Assembly: GCA_022840695.1 (NCBI GenBank)
Contig: JALHDC010000001.1
Coordinates: forward strand, 84,456-148,455
Direction of reading: 5' to 3'
From: a bacterium
GTDB taxonomy: Bacteria; Patescibacteriota; Dojkabacteria; SC72
DNA: 64,000 bases
The position numbers and the translations under genes are program-made. The notes under the pieces were generated by a model that saw only the letters and a program-made list of their open reading frames with translations, was not told where the DNA came from and did no database searches. Below are positions 41,557 to 50,774 of the stretch, piece by piece (position 1 is the stretch's first letter; the number at the start of each line of letters is the position of its first letter).

Positions 41557-41989
41557 TTTTTTGATTTTCTGAATTTAGAAATTCCTGTAAAAATACAGTA
41601 GCAGCTACTCTGTCAATTTTGTTTTTGTAGCTTTTAAAATTCTGTCCAGAAGATGTTAACATATTTTTTGCCTCACTTGTAGAAAAGCTTTCATCGTATG
41701 TGAGGATTGGTATGCTTAAGGTATTTTTTAATAGATCAAGAAACTTGTTAATTTTTTTCTCTGTTCTTCTTTGATTTTGTTCAAATACCTGAGGCATTCC
41801 AACAATTATTCTTTTAACTCTGTACTCCTGACATATATTTTCTATATTATTGATAATTGTTTGTATATCAGTATTTTTAGATATTGAAAGGGTGTCTAGG
41901 GGTGAAGCTATAATGCCTTTGCTATCAGAAATTGCTAGTCCAAAGTTTTTTTCTCCATAATCAATTGCTAATGTAGGATTGTTTTCCAT
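41549..41989 (-). CDS. ruvX: YqgF/RuvX pre-16S rRNA nuclease
   Basis: LAIDYGEK..GLAISD, IVGMP, DESFST, D..AA...LQ. Confidence 0.93.
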   Translation of the reverse strand: MENNPTLAIDYGEKNFGLAISDSKGIIASPLDTLSISKNTDIQTIINNIENICQEYRVKRIIVGMPQVFEQNQRRTEKKINKFLDLLKNTLSIPILTYDESFSTSEAKNMLTSSGQNFKSYKNKIDRVAATVFLQEFLNSENQKNE

Positions 41990-41993
41990 ATGT

Positions 41994-43820
41994 TTATTCT
42001 AATACAGCCTTTATTCTTTTTATACCAGCTCCAACATTTTCCTGTTTAACAATCTTAAATGTCCCCAATTCTTTTGTATTGCTAACATGTGGACCATTAC
42101 AAATTTCTACTGAAAATGGAGAATCTTTTGATCCTACATAGTAGACTTTAAGAAGATCTCCATATCTGTCATCAAAGGATGCTGTAGAGGAGTATTTTTG
42201 TATTGTAGCTAATGCATCTTCTTTACTCATTTCTTCAAAGGAAATATCTAAGCTGTTTTGTATTACCTCATTTACCATGTCTTCCACTTTTTTTAATTGC
42301 TCTTCTGTTAATTTCTCTTTATTAGGAAAATCCAATCTCAATCTCTCAGGAGTGATGTTACTCCCCATCTGGTGAATATGTTCTCCGACAATCTTTCTTA
42401 ATGAAGCTAGGAGTAGGTGTGTAGCTGTATGATATTTAGTAGACATTTCTGAAGTATCAGCTAAGCCACCTTTAAAAAATCCCTTCGATGCACTTCTTGA
42501 TTTTTCTTGGTGTTTTTTTTCTGCTTCTTCATATTTTTCTATATTAATGATTTTTAGTCCTTTCTCTTGTAATATTTCTTCTGTTACCTCTATTGGTAAG
42601 CCGTATGTTTCGTAGAGTTGAAATGCCTTTATACCATCTACTTCCTGATGGCTATTTAAGAGTCTATCTAGTTCCCTTAAAGCATTTTCTACTGTCTTGT
42701 TAAATTTTAATTCTTCATCTTCGATTACTTTAATAATGGTTTCTCTCTTTTCTTCTAAGTTTGGGTATATGTAAAGGAATTGGTCAATACATATAGATGC
42801 AATATCTTTTGTAAATGCATTTGCTATTCCTAATTTTCGCCCATGCCTTACAGCTCTTCTTATTAACCTTCTAAGAATATATCCCTGTTGATTTCTTCCA
42901 GGGGTTACTCCATCCATGACGATTAAAACAGATGCCTTTATGTGATCAACTATTATTCTTTGTGACTTTATTATTTCCTCTTTAGAAATCTCTCTAACTT
43001 TTTCTAAAATTGGTTTATAAATGTCTATTTCATATACATTGTCTACATTTTGGATTAAAGATGAAAGTCTTTCTAATCCACCACCAAAATCGACATTATG
43101 TCTTCCAAGTGGTTTTAATGTGTCTCCTTCTTTAAGGTATTCCATGAATACATTGTTTCCAATTTCTACATATTTCCCACAACTGCAAGAAAGGTTACAA
43201 TCTTCACTACATTTTGGTTTGTCAGTATCATAGAATATTTCTGAATCTGGACCACATGGCCCTCCTGATTCTAGTCCCCACCAATTTTCCTTCTTACCAA
43301 ATTTTTGAATTCTTTCTCCTACTTTTGCATCAATTCCATACTTAGCAAACAATTCTTTCCAAACAGATATAGATACTGTATCTTCTGGAATATTGTCTTC
43401 TCCTCCAAATACAGATGCATATATTTTATTTATATCCAAACCTAATTCTTTTACAAAAAATTCGACTGTAAAGTTGATAGCCTCTTTTTTGAAATAATCA
43501 TTTAGAGACCAATTTCCTAACATTTCAAATGAAGTACAGTGATATTCATCTCCGACTTCATCTATATCTCCTGTTCTAATACATCTTTGAGAATTAACAA
43601 GCTTATTTCCTTTTGGATGTTTCTCTCCCGAAAGGAAAGGTACTAAAGGAAACATTCCGGCATTTACGAAAAGTACGGAGGGATCATTTTCCGGTACTAG
43701 AGGAGCACCTGGTATCTCTGCATGGTTATTTTCTTTGAAGAATGAGATATATTTTTCTCTTATCTCTTTGTATGTTAAGCTTTTATTCATAGGGTTGATT
43801 ATACCAACTTCCTTATTCAT
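41994..43820 (-). CDS. alaS: Alanine--tRNA ligase, short form without C-Ala domain (start may be 43790)
   Basis: F.NAGM, FEMLGNWS..DYFK, GPCGPDSEI, GYILRRLIRR, HTATHLL, EICNGPHV; ends directly after the editing domain. Confidence 0.97.
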   Translation of the reverse strand: MNKEVGIINPMNKSLTYKEIREKYISFFKENNHAEIPGAPLVPENDPSVLFVNAGMFPLVPFLSGEKHPKGNKLVNSQRCIRTGDIDEVGDEYHCTSFEMLGNWSLNDYFKKEAINFTVEFFVKELGLDINKIYASVFGGEDNIPEDTVSISVWKELFAKYGIDAKVGERIQKFGKKENWWGLESGGPCGPDSEIFYDTDKPKCSEDCNLSCSCGKYVEIGNNVFMEYLKEGDTLKPLGRHNVDFGGGLERLSSLIQNVDNVYEIDIYKPILEKVREISKEEIIKSQRIIVDHIKASVLIVMDGVTPGRNQQGYILRRLIRRAVRHGRKLGIANAFTKDIASICIDQFLYIYPNLEEKRETIIKVIEDEELKFNKTVENALRELDRLLNSHQEVDGIKAFQLYETYGLPIEVTEEILQEKGLKIINIEKYEEAEKKHQEKSRSASKGFFKGGLADTSEMSTKYHTATHLLLASLRKIVGEHIHQMGSNITPERLRLDFPNKEKLTEEQLKKVEDMVNEVIQNSLDISFEEMSKEDALATIQKYSSTASFDDRYGDLLKVYYVGSKDSPFSVEICNGPHVSNTKELGTFKIVKQENVGAGIKRIKAVLE

Positions 43821-45888
43821 TAACTACTGGCTTTTCTGTATCCTCTTGGGTTTGCTGCTGTATTTGTTGAAATATCTTTTCCAAATCTTCAGCTTCTGGA
43901 ATCTCTGGCTCAGGAATAATATTTTCAGGAACAGGGGGTTGTATATCTACATTCTCAACTTGTTCATTCTCAACTTGTGGTTGTACAACTTCTTCTTTCA
44001 TTGGCTCATTTGTTGTCAAAGTCTCAGTTTCAGCTAGAGGTCTCAATGTTGTCTCTTCCTCTTCCTTTAATTCTTTCAAATCATTTTCTTTCTGCTCTTC
44101 TGTTAGAACTGGTTTGGCTACAGAGTAGTTGTCCCAAACATCTTCATCTTCTTTTTCTGGTTTGTTCTCAACCTTTTCTCTAATCTTTGGCTCTATCTGA
44201 GAAGTCTCGATATATGGTGTTCGATCAGATGGGGTAGATGGAGGTAGTTTACTATTTTGGCTTCCATAGAATTCATCATCTTTTCCATTGTCTTTCCATA
44301 TAGTGAATATTATGAATGGAGCAACTAAGGCAAGGATAACTGTTAACAGTCCAATTCCTACTATAAGAACAATGTTTTTTGCAATCTTATAACCAAAGAT
44401 ATCATAAGTTTCTGCATCCTTTTCAGAATATTCTCCCTTAATTGTAAAATTCCATGATTTAGTTACATCCAAGCCACTACTATCTTTAAACGAAACTTCA
44501 GCTTTATGAACACCTTCTTCCAAATCTTCCTCTGGTTGGTATATTAGGTTGTATTCACTTTCACTAATTTTATTAATCTTAATATCATTGGAGATGTCTT
44601 TGTCATCAAGTTTAAACAGAATCGTTTTATCATCAATGGTTGAACCTTTTCCTGCTATAATCGATGCTTTTATTGTAACTCTCTTATTAGCTATTTCCTC
44701 TGTACTTGTTGGTCCCATATTCACAACCTGTGGCTGTTCCAATATCACAACATCATCAGTACCAGGTTTCTCATCAGAAGTTTTACTAATCACAATCTCT
44801 GGAGATACACCTATACCAATACCAGGAGGTTGCTGATTATCTATAGCTTTGGCTATCAATTTGTATGTACCAGAATCTAAATTAGAGGTTTCTACTGTAT
44901 ATGAATTTGTTTGATAGTCTAAATCTTTACTTATTGTTTTCCATACCTCTTCGTTTGCTGGGTTATTAGTTATGTAAAGTTCATATCTAATTATGTGATT
45001 AAGGTCAGTTGCTTCCCAAGAAGATCGAAAAGTATCGCCTTTGTTCACTCTTAAGCTATCAGAAGGTTGTATGATCTTCACCTCTGGATTATCATTTTCT
45101 TCTGGACTTACACTGATGACCCAAGATTGAGATCTCAAGTTTGTACTATACCCATCATGAATGAAAACATTGGCAAGGTAGCTAGCAGCTTTTTCAGATG
45201 TACCTCTAAATTTAATTGTTAGTTTACCATTTGATCCATCATCTATAATTACTGGTTTTAACCAATCAGCTCTGGGTGTAAATGAATAGCTGTAGTTTAT
45301 CCTATCTCCATCATCATCAACTGCGGTTAGGGTATATTCGTATTCCTGAGAAGTTTTAATATTCTGTGATGGTTGAGATTGTGCAGGTTTAGAAGTGAAC
45401 TCAGGAGAGCTATTATTTGCGACTGCTCTTAATCCTCGGATATCGTATGGACTACTAATTTCACATCCTATACTTCCTCCTTGATCTTTTTTAATTAATC
45501 CCAACATATCTACAACTCCCGAAACTTCTGGTGTAAATGGGAAACTAGTAGCAATCTCTATTGGGGAATTCTCAAAACTTTCTTGATATATTACCTCTCC
45601 TGAAGAATTATATATTTCTAGGGAAGATATTATTGAATCACTTAATATAGCATCGACTTGTACAGTTACAGTTTTTCCAACTTCTAAAGAGTATGGATTT
45701 ACATTTGGAAGAGATATTATACAAGGATGATCTATACCTAATTCTAATTCTTCAAAAGCTCTGTTTCTTGTATCCAAACTCTCCTGTGCTAAACCGTATA
45801 ATACCAATGGTATGGAAAGAAGAAGAAAGAAAGTTAAATATATTACTGATCTTTGGGCATATTGTTTTGGGGCAATTCTTCTGGGCAT
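43813..45888 (-). CDS. Multi-Ig-domain surface protein with N-terminal TM, second TM and acidic/Pro tail
   Basis: TM followed by DTRNRA; cadherin-like YEY...A.D.DGD; Ig-like repeats; TM near residue 510-530. Confidence 0.72.
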   Translation of the reverse strand: MPRRIAPKQYAQRSVIYLTFFLLLSIPLVLYGLAQESLDTRNRAFEELELGIDHPCIISLPNVNPYSLEVGKTVTVQVDAILSDSIISSLEIYNSSGEVIYQESFENSPIEIATSFPFTPEVSGVVDMLGLIKKDQGGSIGCEISSPYDIRGLRAVANNSSPEFTSKPAQSQPSQNIKTSQEYEYTLTAVDDDGDRINYSYSFTPRADWLKPVIIDDGSNGKLTIKFRGTSEKAASYLANVFIHDGYSTNLRSQSWVISVSPEENDNPEVKIIQPSDSLRVNKGDTFRSSWEATDLNHIIRYELYITNNPANEEVWKTISKDLDYQTNSYTVETSNLDSGTYKLIAKAIDNQQPPGIGIGVSPEIVISKTSDEKPGTDDVVILEQPQVVNMGPTSTEEIANKRVTIKASIIAGKGSTIDDKTILFKLDDKDISNDIKINKISESEYNLIYQPEEDLEEGVHKAEVSFKDSSGLDVTKSWNFTIKGEYSEKDAETYDIFGYKIAKNIVLIVGIGLLTVILALVAPFIIFTIWKDNGKDDEFYGSQNSKLPPSTPSDRTPYIETSQIEPKIREKVENKPEKEDEDVWDNYSVAKPVLTEEQKENDLKELKEEEETTLRPLAETETLTTNEPMKEEVVQPQVENEQVENVDIQPPVPENIIPEPEIPEAEDLEKIFQQIQQQTQEDTEKPVVNE

Positions 45889-45902
45889 TAATTTTTATTT
45901 AA

Positions 45903-47261
45903 TTATTTATTTGTTACTCCTATTTTAGCATTAATTGCTTCCTCTGCCTTTTTTAATGCAGCACTAACATCCATATCATTCTCTATTATATCTGTAATTG
46001 CTTCATCTATTGCGGCATTTACAGACATTTCATCTCCCTTCTGCCAGGATTTCATATATGGGGCCATTTCTGCAATAGCTGAAACATATGTTTTTCCTAA
46101 CAATTCTCCATTCAATTCTACCAAAGAATACGGCTCTCCAAATGCTCTAATCTGAGATGCATTGGAGTATAGGGACATCTGTTGTTCCTTTTCTGCTAAA
46201 AATTTAACAAAGGTCCATGCTGCATCAGTATTTACAGCATTCTTGCTAACAGCATCTCCCCAATATGTTGCATAATATATTTTCTCTTCATTTGCCTTTA
46301 ATTGAGGTAGAGGTGAGGTATCAAATTCTATTGTAGGAGCTGCCTCTATAATGTCGAAAGTTCTCCAACTTGGACCAATCATCATTGCCAATTTGCCAGA
46401 GAAAAACATTTCCAAATCAGTTTTTAATGTTGGTGACCATACAGCAGTATCTCCTCTTGCGAAATTGGTATAGGTATTGAAAACAGCTTGAGCCTTTGGA
46501 GTATTCAAGGATACTTTAGTTCTAGTTTCATCTATCACATTTACACCTTCCTGTAAAAGGAAGAAGGAAAGAATTTCAGCTGAATGTCGAATATTTCTAG
46601 ATGTCCCTATGGCTAATCCTGATTGAGTAATTCTTCCACTAGCATCTTTCTTTGTTAATTTTTGTGCTAATTCAAAAAAGGAATCCCAATCCTCTGGTGG
46701 TTTCTGAGCTCCCACTTCTGCTAGAAGAGCTTTATTGTAGTAGACCATTAGGCCATCAATTTCCCACGGTATTGCATAAATATTCCCATCCTTTGCTGTA
46801 AAATCATCAACTACTGTATTGTAGAAGTTTTCAGCATACTCAGCAGTAGTCATAATTGATGCAGGTAGAGGACTTAGATAGCTGTAATATTTAGGTACCC
46901 AGCTATTATGTATTCTGAATATATCTGGAGCAGGATCATTGGAGCTAGAAGCTTGTTGTAATCTAGTATATAAACGAGACTCATAATTTGTGAATGTAGA
47001 TTGAGAATACTGTATCTTAATATTTGGGTATTTATCTTCAAACTCATCTATGATTGGTTGCATAACAGAAGTAGGTTCCCACAATCCCCAATATGCAAGT
47101 TCTACTGTCGTACCACTAGGTATGATGCTATTCCCACTACCATTATCACCATTAGAAGAATTTCTATTCTTGTTAATTATTAATAACACAGCAGTTATTA
47201 TCATTAACACAAACAAAACAATTCCTATGATTATTAAAGTTTTTTTCTGTTTCTCTTCCAT
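45903..47261 (-). CDS. Family-1 extracellular solute-binding protein, TM-anchored
   Basis: L.YWGLWE, PDIF, YAIP..DGL..YYN, PP..W, F..GK.AM. Confidence 0.88.
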   Translation of the reverse strand: MEEKQKKTLIIIGIVLFVLMIITAVLLIINKNRNSSNGDNGSGNSIIPSGTTVELAYWGLWEPTSVMQPIIDEFEDKYPNIKIQYSQSTFTNYESRLYTRLQQASSSNDPAPDIFRIHNSWVPKYYSYLSPLPASIMTTAEYAENFYNTVVDDFTAKDGNIYAIPWEIDGLMVYYNKALLAEVGAQKPPEDWDSFFELAQKLTKKDASGRITQSGLAIGTSRNIRHSAEILSFFLLQEGVNVIDETRTKVSLNTPKAQAVFNTYTNFARGDTAVWSPTLKTDLEMFFSGKLAMMIGPSWRTFDIIEAAPTIEFDTSPLPQLKANEEKIYYATYWGDAVSKNAVNTDAAWTFVKFLAEKEQQMSLYSNASQIRAFGEPYSLVELNGELLGKTYVSAIAEMAPYMKSWQKGDEMSVNAAIDEAITDIIENDMDVSAALKKAEEAINAKIGVTNK

Positions 47262-47278
47262 TTCTAGATCTTGTTAAG

Positions 47279-48076
47279 TTATATTCTTCTTTCAGCTACA
47301 ACTATTAATCTCTTCGTCCCAATGCCTAACGGCCAACATGTCATCAAAGTGACAGTTTCTTTATTATTTACAGGTTGTAAAATTGTAAAATCTTCAGGAT
47401 CCACAATCTTTTTATTCCTTACGATATATTCTAGTACTTTCTCCTCCCTGTTTACAACTATTTTCTGACCAATATCAATATCATTCAGTCTAGAAAAAAT
47501 TGTTTCTGGAAGATCCTTGTGTCTACTAAAGAAAGATTCAACAGCACTATGACCATATATGAAGGAATTTCCTCCATCTCCTGGAAGGGGAGTACCTTTA
47601 AAATGAGCCACTCCATTTTTTAAATATTGGTTGTATATTGATTCACTGGAACTCTCGACATTGGAACTAATTTTTATGTCTTGTATCCCAACACTCTCAA
47701 TTGATATGTACATATCCTTCTTATACTCCTTGTCTATATTTACTGATGTCTGAGTTCTAGTCTCAGGATTGTAGGAATATTGGCCCGTTATATCGAGATT
47801 GCCTAATTGCTCAGAAAGATTGGCAAAATAGCTTTTTCCTGGATCATAATATGCAAATTCTTCTTCGACATATTTTTTGTATGATTCTGGGACTGGATCT
47901 ACCTTAATATCTTCTCTCTTCTGTTCTACAACTCCTTCAACATATGATTTTGTAAGCGGTATTACCTGACTTGCAACAATAATTAATCCTGAAAAAGCTA
48001 AAACAGCGGAAATCCATAATCTAACTTTTTTAATTTTATTATTACTATGTGTTTGTACATTCCAAGTATTCTCCAT
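47279..48076 (-). CDS. Sortase
   Basis: GVAHF.GT.LPG..GN..I.GHS (His), TLMTC (Cys), RLIV.A (Arg); N-terminal TM. Confidence 0.93.
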   Translation of the reverse strand: MENTWNVQTHSNNKIKKVRLWISAVLAFSGLIIVASQVIPLTKSYVEGVVEQKREDIKVDPVPESYKKYVEEEFAYYDPGKSYFANLSEQLGNLDITGQYSYNPETRTQTSVNIDKEYKKDMYISIESVGIQDIKISSNVESSSESIYNQYLKNGVAHFKGTPLPGDGGNSFIYGHSAVESFFSRHKDLPETIFSRLNDIDIGQKIVVNREEKVLEYIVRNKKIVDPEDFTILQPVNNKETVTLMTCWPLGIGTKRLIVVAERRI

Positions 48077-48117
48077 AGTATAGATATTATCAGATTTAAT
48101 CTTTTAGTTGAAATAGG

Positions 48118-48144
48118 GTAGCAAATATATTTCTACTTTGCTAA
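48118..48144. promoter_or_regulatory. Degenerate CIRCE operator upstream of dnaJ
   Basis: GTAGCAAAT-N9-CTTTGCTAA; right arm overlaps an extended -10 TG-C-TAAAAT. Confidence 0.75.
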
Positions 48145-48156
48145 AATCATTCTGTT

Positions 48157-49257
48157 ATGGAAAAAAGAGACTACTATGAAGTATTGGGTGTAAAAAAAGA
48201 TGCTAGCAAGGATGAGCTTAAGAAAGCCTACAGAAAGCTTGTTAAAAAATATCATCCAGATGTGAATAAGGAAGCTGATTCTGAAGAGAAATTCAAAGAG
48301 GTTCAAGAGGCATACGAAACTCTCTCAGATGATGGAAAAAGAAAGGCATATGATCAGTATGGACATGCTGGTACCGCTGGTTTTAATCCTGGAGCAGGTA
48401 ATGGCTATGAGTATCAGGGAACACCTTTTGATATGGGAGATATATTTAGTACATTTTTTGGAGGGAATACTGAATTTGGTAATGGATTTGGTTTTGATTT
48501 TGGTGGAAGAGCAGGTTCCCCAAGGGAAGATATTGGTTCGGATATTAGGTATAGAGTTCGAGTGAGCTTTGATGAAGCTATGAGAGGGGGGGAGTATAAG
48601 ATTAAGATTAAAAGAGATGAACGATGTGAAAGATGTGATGGAAGTGGAAGTGAAGATGGAAAGAAAAAAGAATGTCCAGTTTGTAAGGGTACGGGAAGAG
48701 AAAGACAAGTTAGAAACACAATTCTCGGTCAAATGGCTGTAATGTCAACTTGTAGTAATTGCCAAGGAACTGGCACAATTATTGATAATCCTTGTAAGCA
48801 GTGTAAAGGTACAGGAGTTAAAAGTCTTGAAGAATCTTTAACAATTAAGATCCCTGCAGGGGCATATGATGGTATGGTTCTGAGATTCAGAGGAGGAGGT
48901 AATGTGGGAAGAAATGGAGGCTCCGTTGGAGATTTGTATATTGAGATAGAGGTTGAGGCATCTTCAAAGTTTGAGAGAAGAGGTAATGACATATATTCTC
49001 AGGAGAGTATTCCTGTATATACAGCTGTTTTAGGGGATACGATATCTGTTAGAACAATATTAGAAGATGTGAAATTAAAAATACCAAAAGGCACCCAATC
49101 AGGAACAATCTTCAAATTAAAAGGAAAAGGTTGTCCAATATTTAATGAAAAAGGAGAGAGGGGGGATCAGTATGTAAGAATAAATGTTGAGATTCCTGGG
49201 AGATTAACTAGGAAAGAAAAGGAACTTTGGGAGAAATTGCTAAATTTGGGCAAATAA
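48157..49257 (+). CDS. dnaJ: Chaperone DnaJ
   Basis: J-domain HPD, G/F region, four CxxCxGxG motifs. Confidence 0.99.
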   Translation: MEKRDYYEVLGVKKDASKDELKKAYRKLVKKYHPDVNKEADSEEKFKEVQEAYETLSDDGKRKAYDQYGHAGTAGFNPGAGNGYEYQGTPFDMGDIFSTFFGGNTEFGNGFGFDFGGRAGSPREDIGSDIRYRVRVSFDEAMRGGEYKIKIKRDERCERCDGSGSEDGKKKECPVCKGTGRERQVRNTILGQMAVMSTCSNCQGTGTIIDNPCKQCKGTGVKSLEESLTIKIPAGAYDGMVLRFRGGGNVGRNGGSVGDLYIEIEVEASSKFERRGNDIYSQESIPVYTAVLGDTISVRTILEDVKLKIPKGTQSGTIFKLKGKGCPIFNEKGERGDQYVRINVEIPGRLTRKEKELWEKLLNLGK

Positions 49258-49261
49258 AGAA

Positions 49262-49460
49262 CTACCTTTAAGATATGCGAAAATCTTATTCTCTAGGGAA
49301 CTATATAGTGTTTCATCAATCAATTTAATGTTCTATAGGATAAAATCCTACATTTCTCTCATAATAACAAGGATTTATTAGACTTATAGAATATTAAATT
49401 TTTGTTTAAAAATGGCAATAGTTCTTTTTGTTTAAGGATTTAAGAGAATCTCAAAGGTAG
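49262..49460. repeat. ~199-bp inverted element: two 78-bp arms (49262-49339 and inverted 49383-49460) around a 43-bp spacer
   Basis: Nested inverted blocks CTACCTTTAAGAT/ATCTCAAAGGTAG, AAATC/GATTT, GAACTAT/ATAGTTC, AATTTAATGTTCTATAGG/CTTATAGAATATTAAATT. Confidence 0.85.
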
Positions 49461-49525
49461 TCTTTCTTCTTTCTCTTCTCTTATATTTATGTTATACTTC
49501 TACTTGAAAGTTATACAAAGAGGAG

Positions 49526-49555
49526 GGTGAGGATAAATATTCTCACCTTTTTTTT
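49526..49555 (+). terminator. Intrinsic terminator in the nusA leader (attenuator-like)
   Basis: GGTGAGGAT-AAAT-ATTCTCACC plus T8, downstream of TG-T-TATACT (49490-49498) and upstream of the nusA ATG. Confidence 0.75.
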
Positions 49556-49589
49556 AGGTGTACATTTTTAAATTGATCGTAAAACTAAA

Positions 49590-50753
49590 ATGGCAATGAT
49601 ATCAGAATTTATTGCCGCTATTAATCAAATAGCAGCAGAAAGAGGAATAGAAAAAGAAGAGATATTTCAAGCTCTTGAATCAGCTATTCTTGTGGCTTAC
49701 AAAAAGGAGAAATACTCTCCAACAGACAAAGAAGAGGATGAGGATCTGGGAAGTAACCTTACAATTGAGATGGACAGAGAATCAGGAAATTACAAATTGA
49801 TTGCTACAAAAGAAGTAGTGAAGAAGGTTAAAGATAATGATACTGAAATATCAGTTTCAGAGGCTGAACTTATATCTCCAAATGTAGAGGTTGGCGATTC
49901 CATACAAATAGAAATGCCAACAGAAGATTTCGGTAGAATAGCAGCTCAGACTGCAAAGCAGGTAATTTTGCAGAAGATAAGGGAATCAGAAAAGGAAGCA
50001 GTAATAAGCGAATATAGTGATAAAGTTGGAGAGGTATTTACAGCTTTGATGCAAAGAATGCAGAAGGGTGAGGTTATTTTTGAAATAGGGAAAGCTACAG
50101 CATATATGCCTCCTGAAGAGCAAATTCCAAATGAATTCTATAGATTAGGGGATAGGTACAAAGTGTTGCTTAAGGATATTGTTGATTCTCAGATGTTGGT
50201 ATCTCGAGCAGATCCTGCATTTTTAATAGAGTTGTTTAAGTTGGAAGTTCCGGAGATAGAATCAGGTGTTTTAGAAATCAAGGCTATAGCTAGAGAAGCA
50301 GGTTCTAGAAGTAAGATGGCTGTAAATTCTACTCAGGAAGGTGTAGATCCAATCGGTTCATGTGTTGGACAAAGAGGTATTCGTATTGCAAATGTTATGA
50401 ACGAGCTAGGAGAAGAAAAGATTGATATAATAGAGTGGGATGAAGAACCTGAGCAATTTGTAGCAAATGCATTGAGTCCTGCAAAGATAGATTCAGTTAA
50501 AATTGAGGATGATACTGCTACAGTTACAGTTGCAGATGATCAACTCTCACTAGCTATTGGTAGAGATGGTCAAAATGTAAGGTTAGCTTGGAAGTTAACT
50601 GGGTTCAAAATAGATATTGTTGGTTCTGGTGGAAGTATAGTGAAAGAGGAAGATTTAGAAGAAATGAAAAAGGATGTCGAGGAGAAGGAGGAAGAAAAAG
50701 AGAAAGTTGAAGTTAAAGAAGAATCTGAGAACACAGATGAAAAGTCAGAATAA
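49590..50753 (+). CDS. nusA: Transcription factor NusA
   Basis: FGRIAAQTAKQVI.Q, AREAG.RSK.AV, DP.GSCVG.RG, SLAIGRDGQNVRLA. Confidence 0.99.
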   Translation: MAMISEFIAAINQIAAERGIEKEEIFQALESAILVAYKKEKYSPTDKEEDEDLGSNLTIEMDRESGNYKLIATKEVVKKVKDNDTEISVSEAELISPNVEVGDSIQIEMPTEDFGRIAAQTAKQVILQKIRESEKEAVISEYSDKVGEVFTALMQRMQKGEVIFEIGKATAYMPPEEQIPNEFYRLGDRYKVLLKDIVDSQMLVSRADPAFLIELFKLEVPEIESGVLEIKAIAREAGSRSKMAVNSTQEGVDPIGSCVGQRGIRIANVMNELGEEKIDIIEWDEEPEQFVANALSPAKIDSVKIEDDTATVTVADDQLSLAIGRDGQNVRLAWKLTGFKIDIVGSGGSIVKEEDLEEMKKDVEEKEEEKEKVEVKEESENTDEKSE

Positions 50754-50774
50754 ATTATTGTTAATAAAAATAGA

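Noticed and set aside
41994-43820. alaS (and likewise infB) as truncated pseudogenes
   Set aside because: Catalytic motifs are intact, the ends are clean and the genes are tightly packed; short forms are expected in reduced CPR-type genomes.
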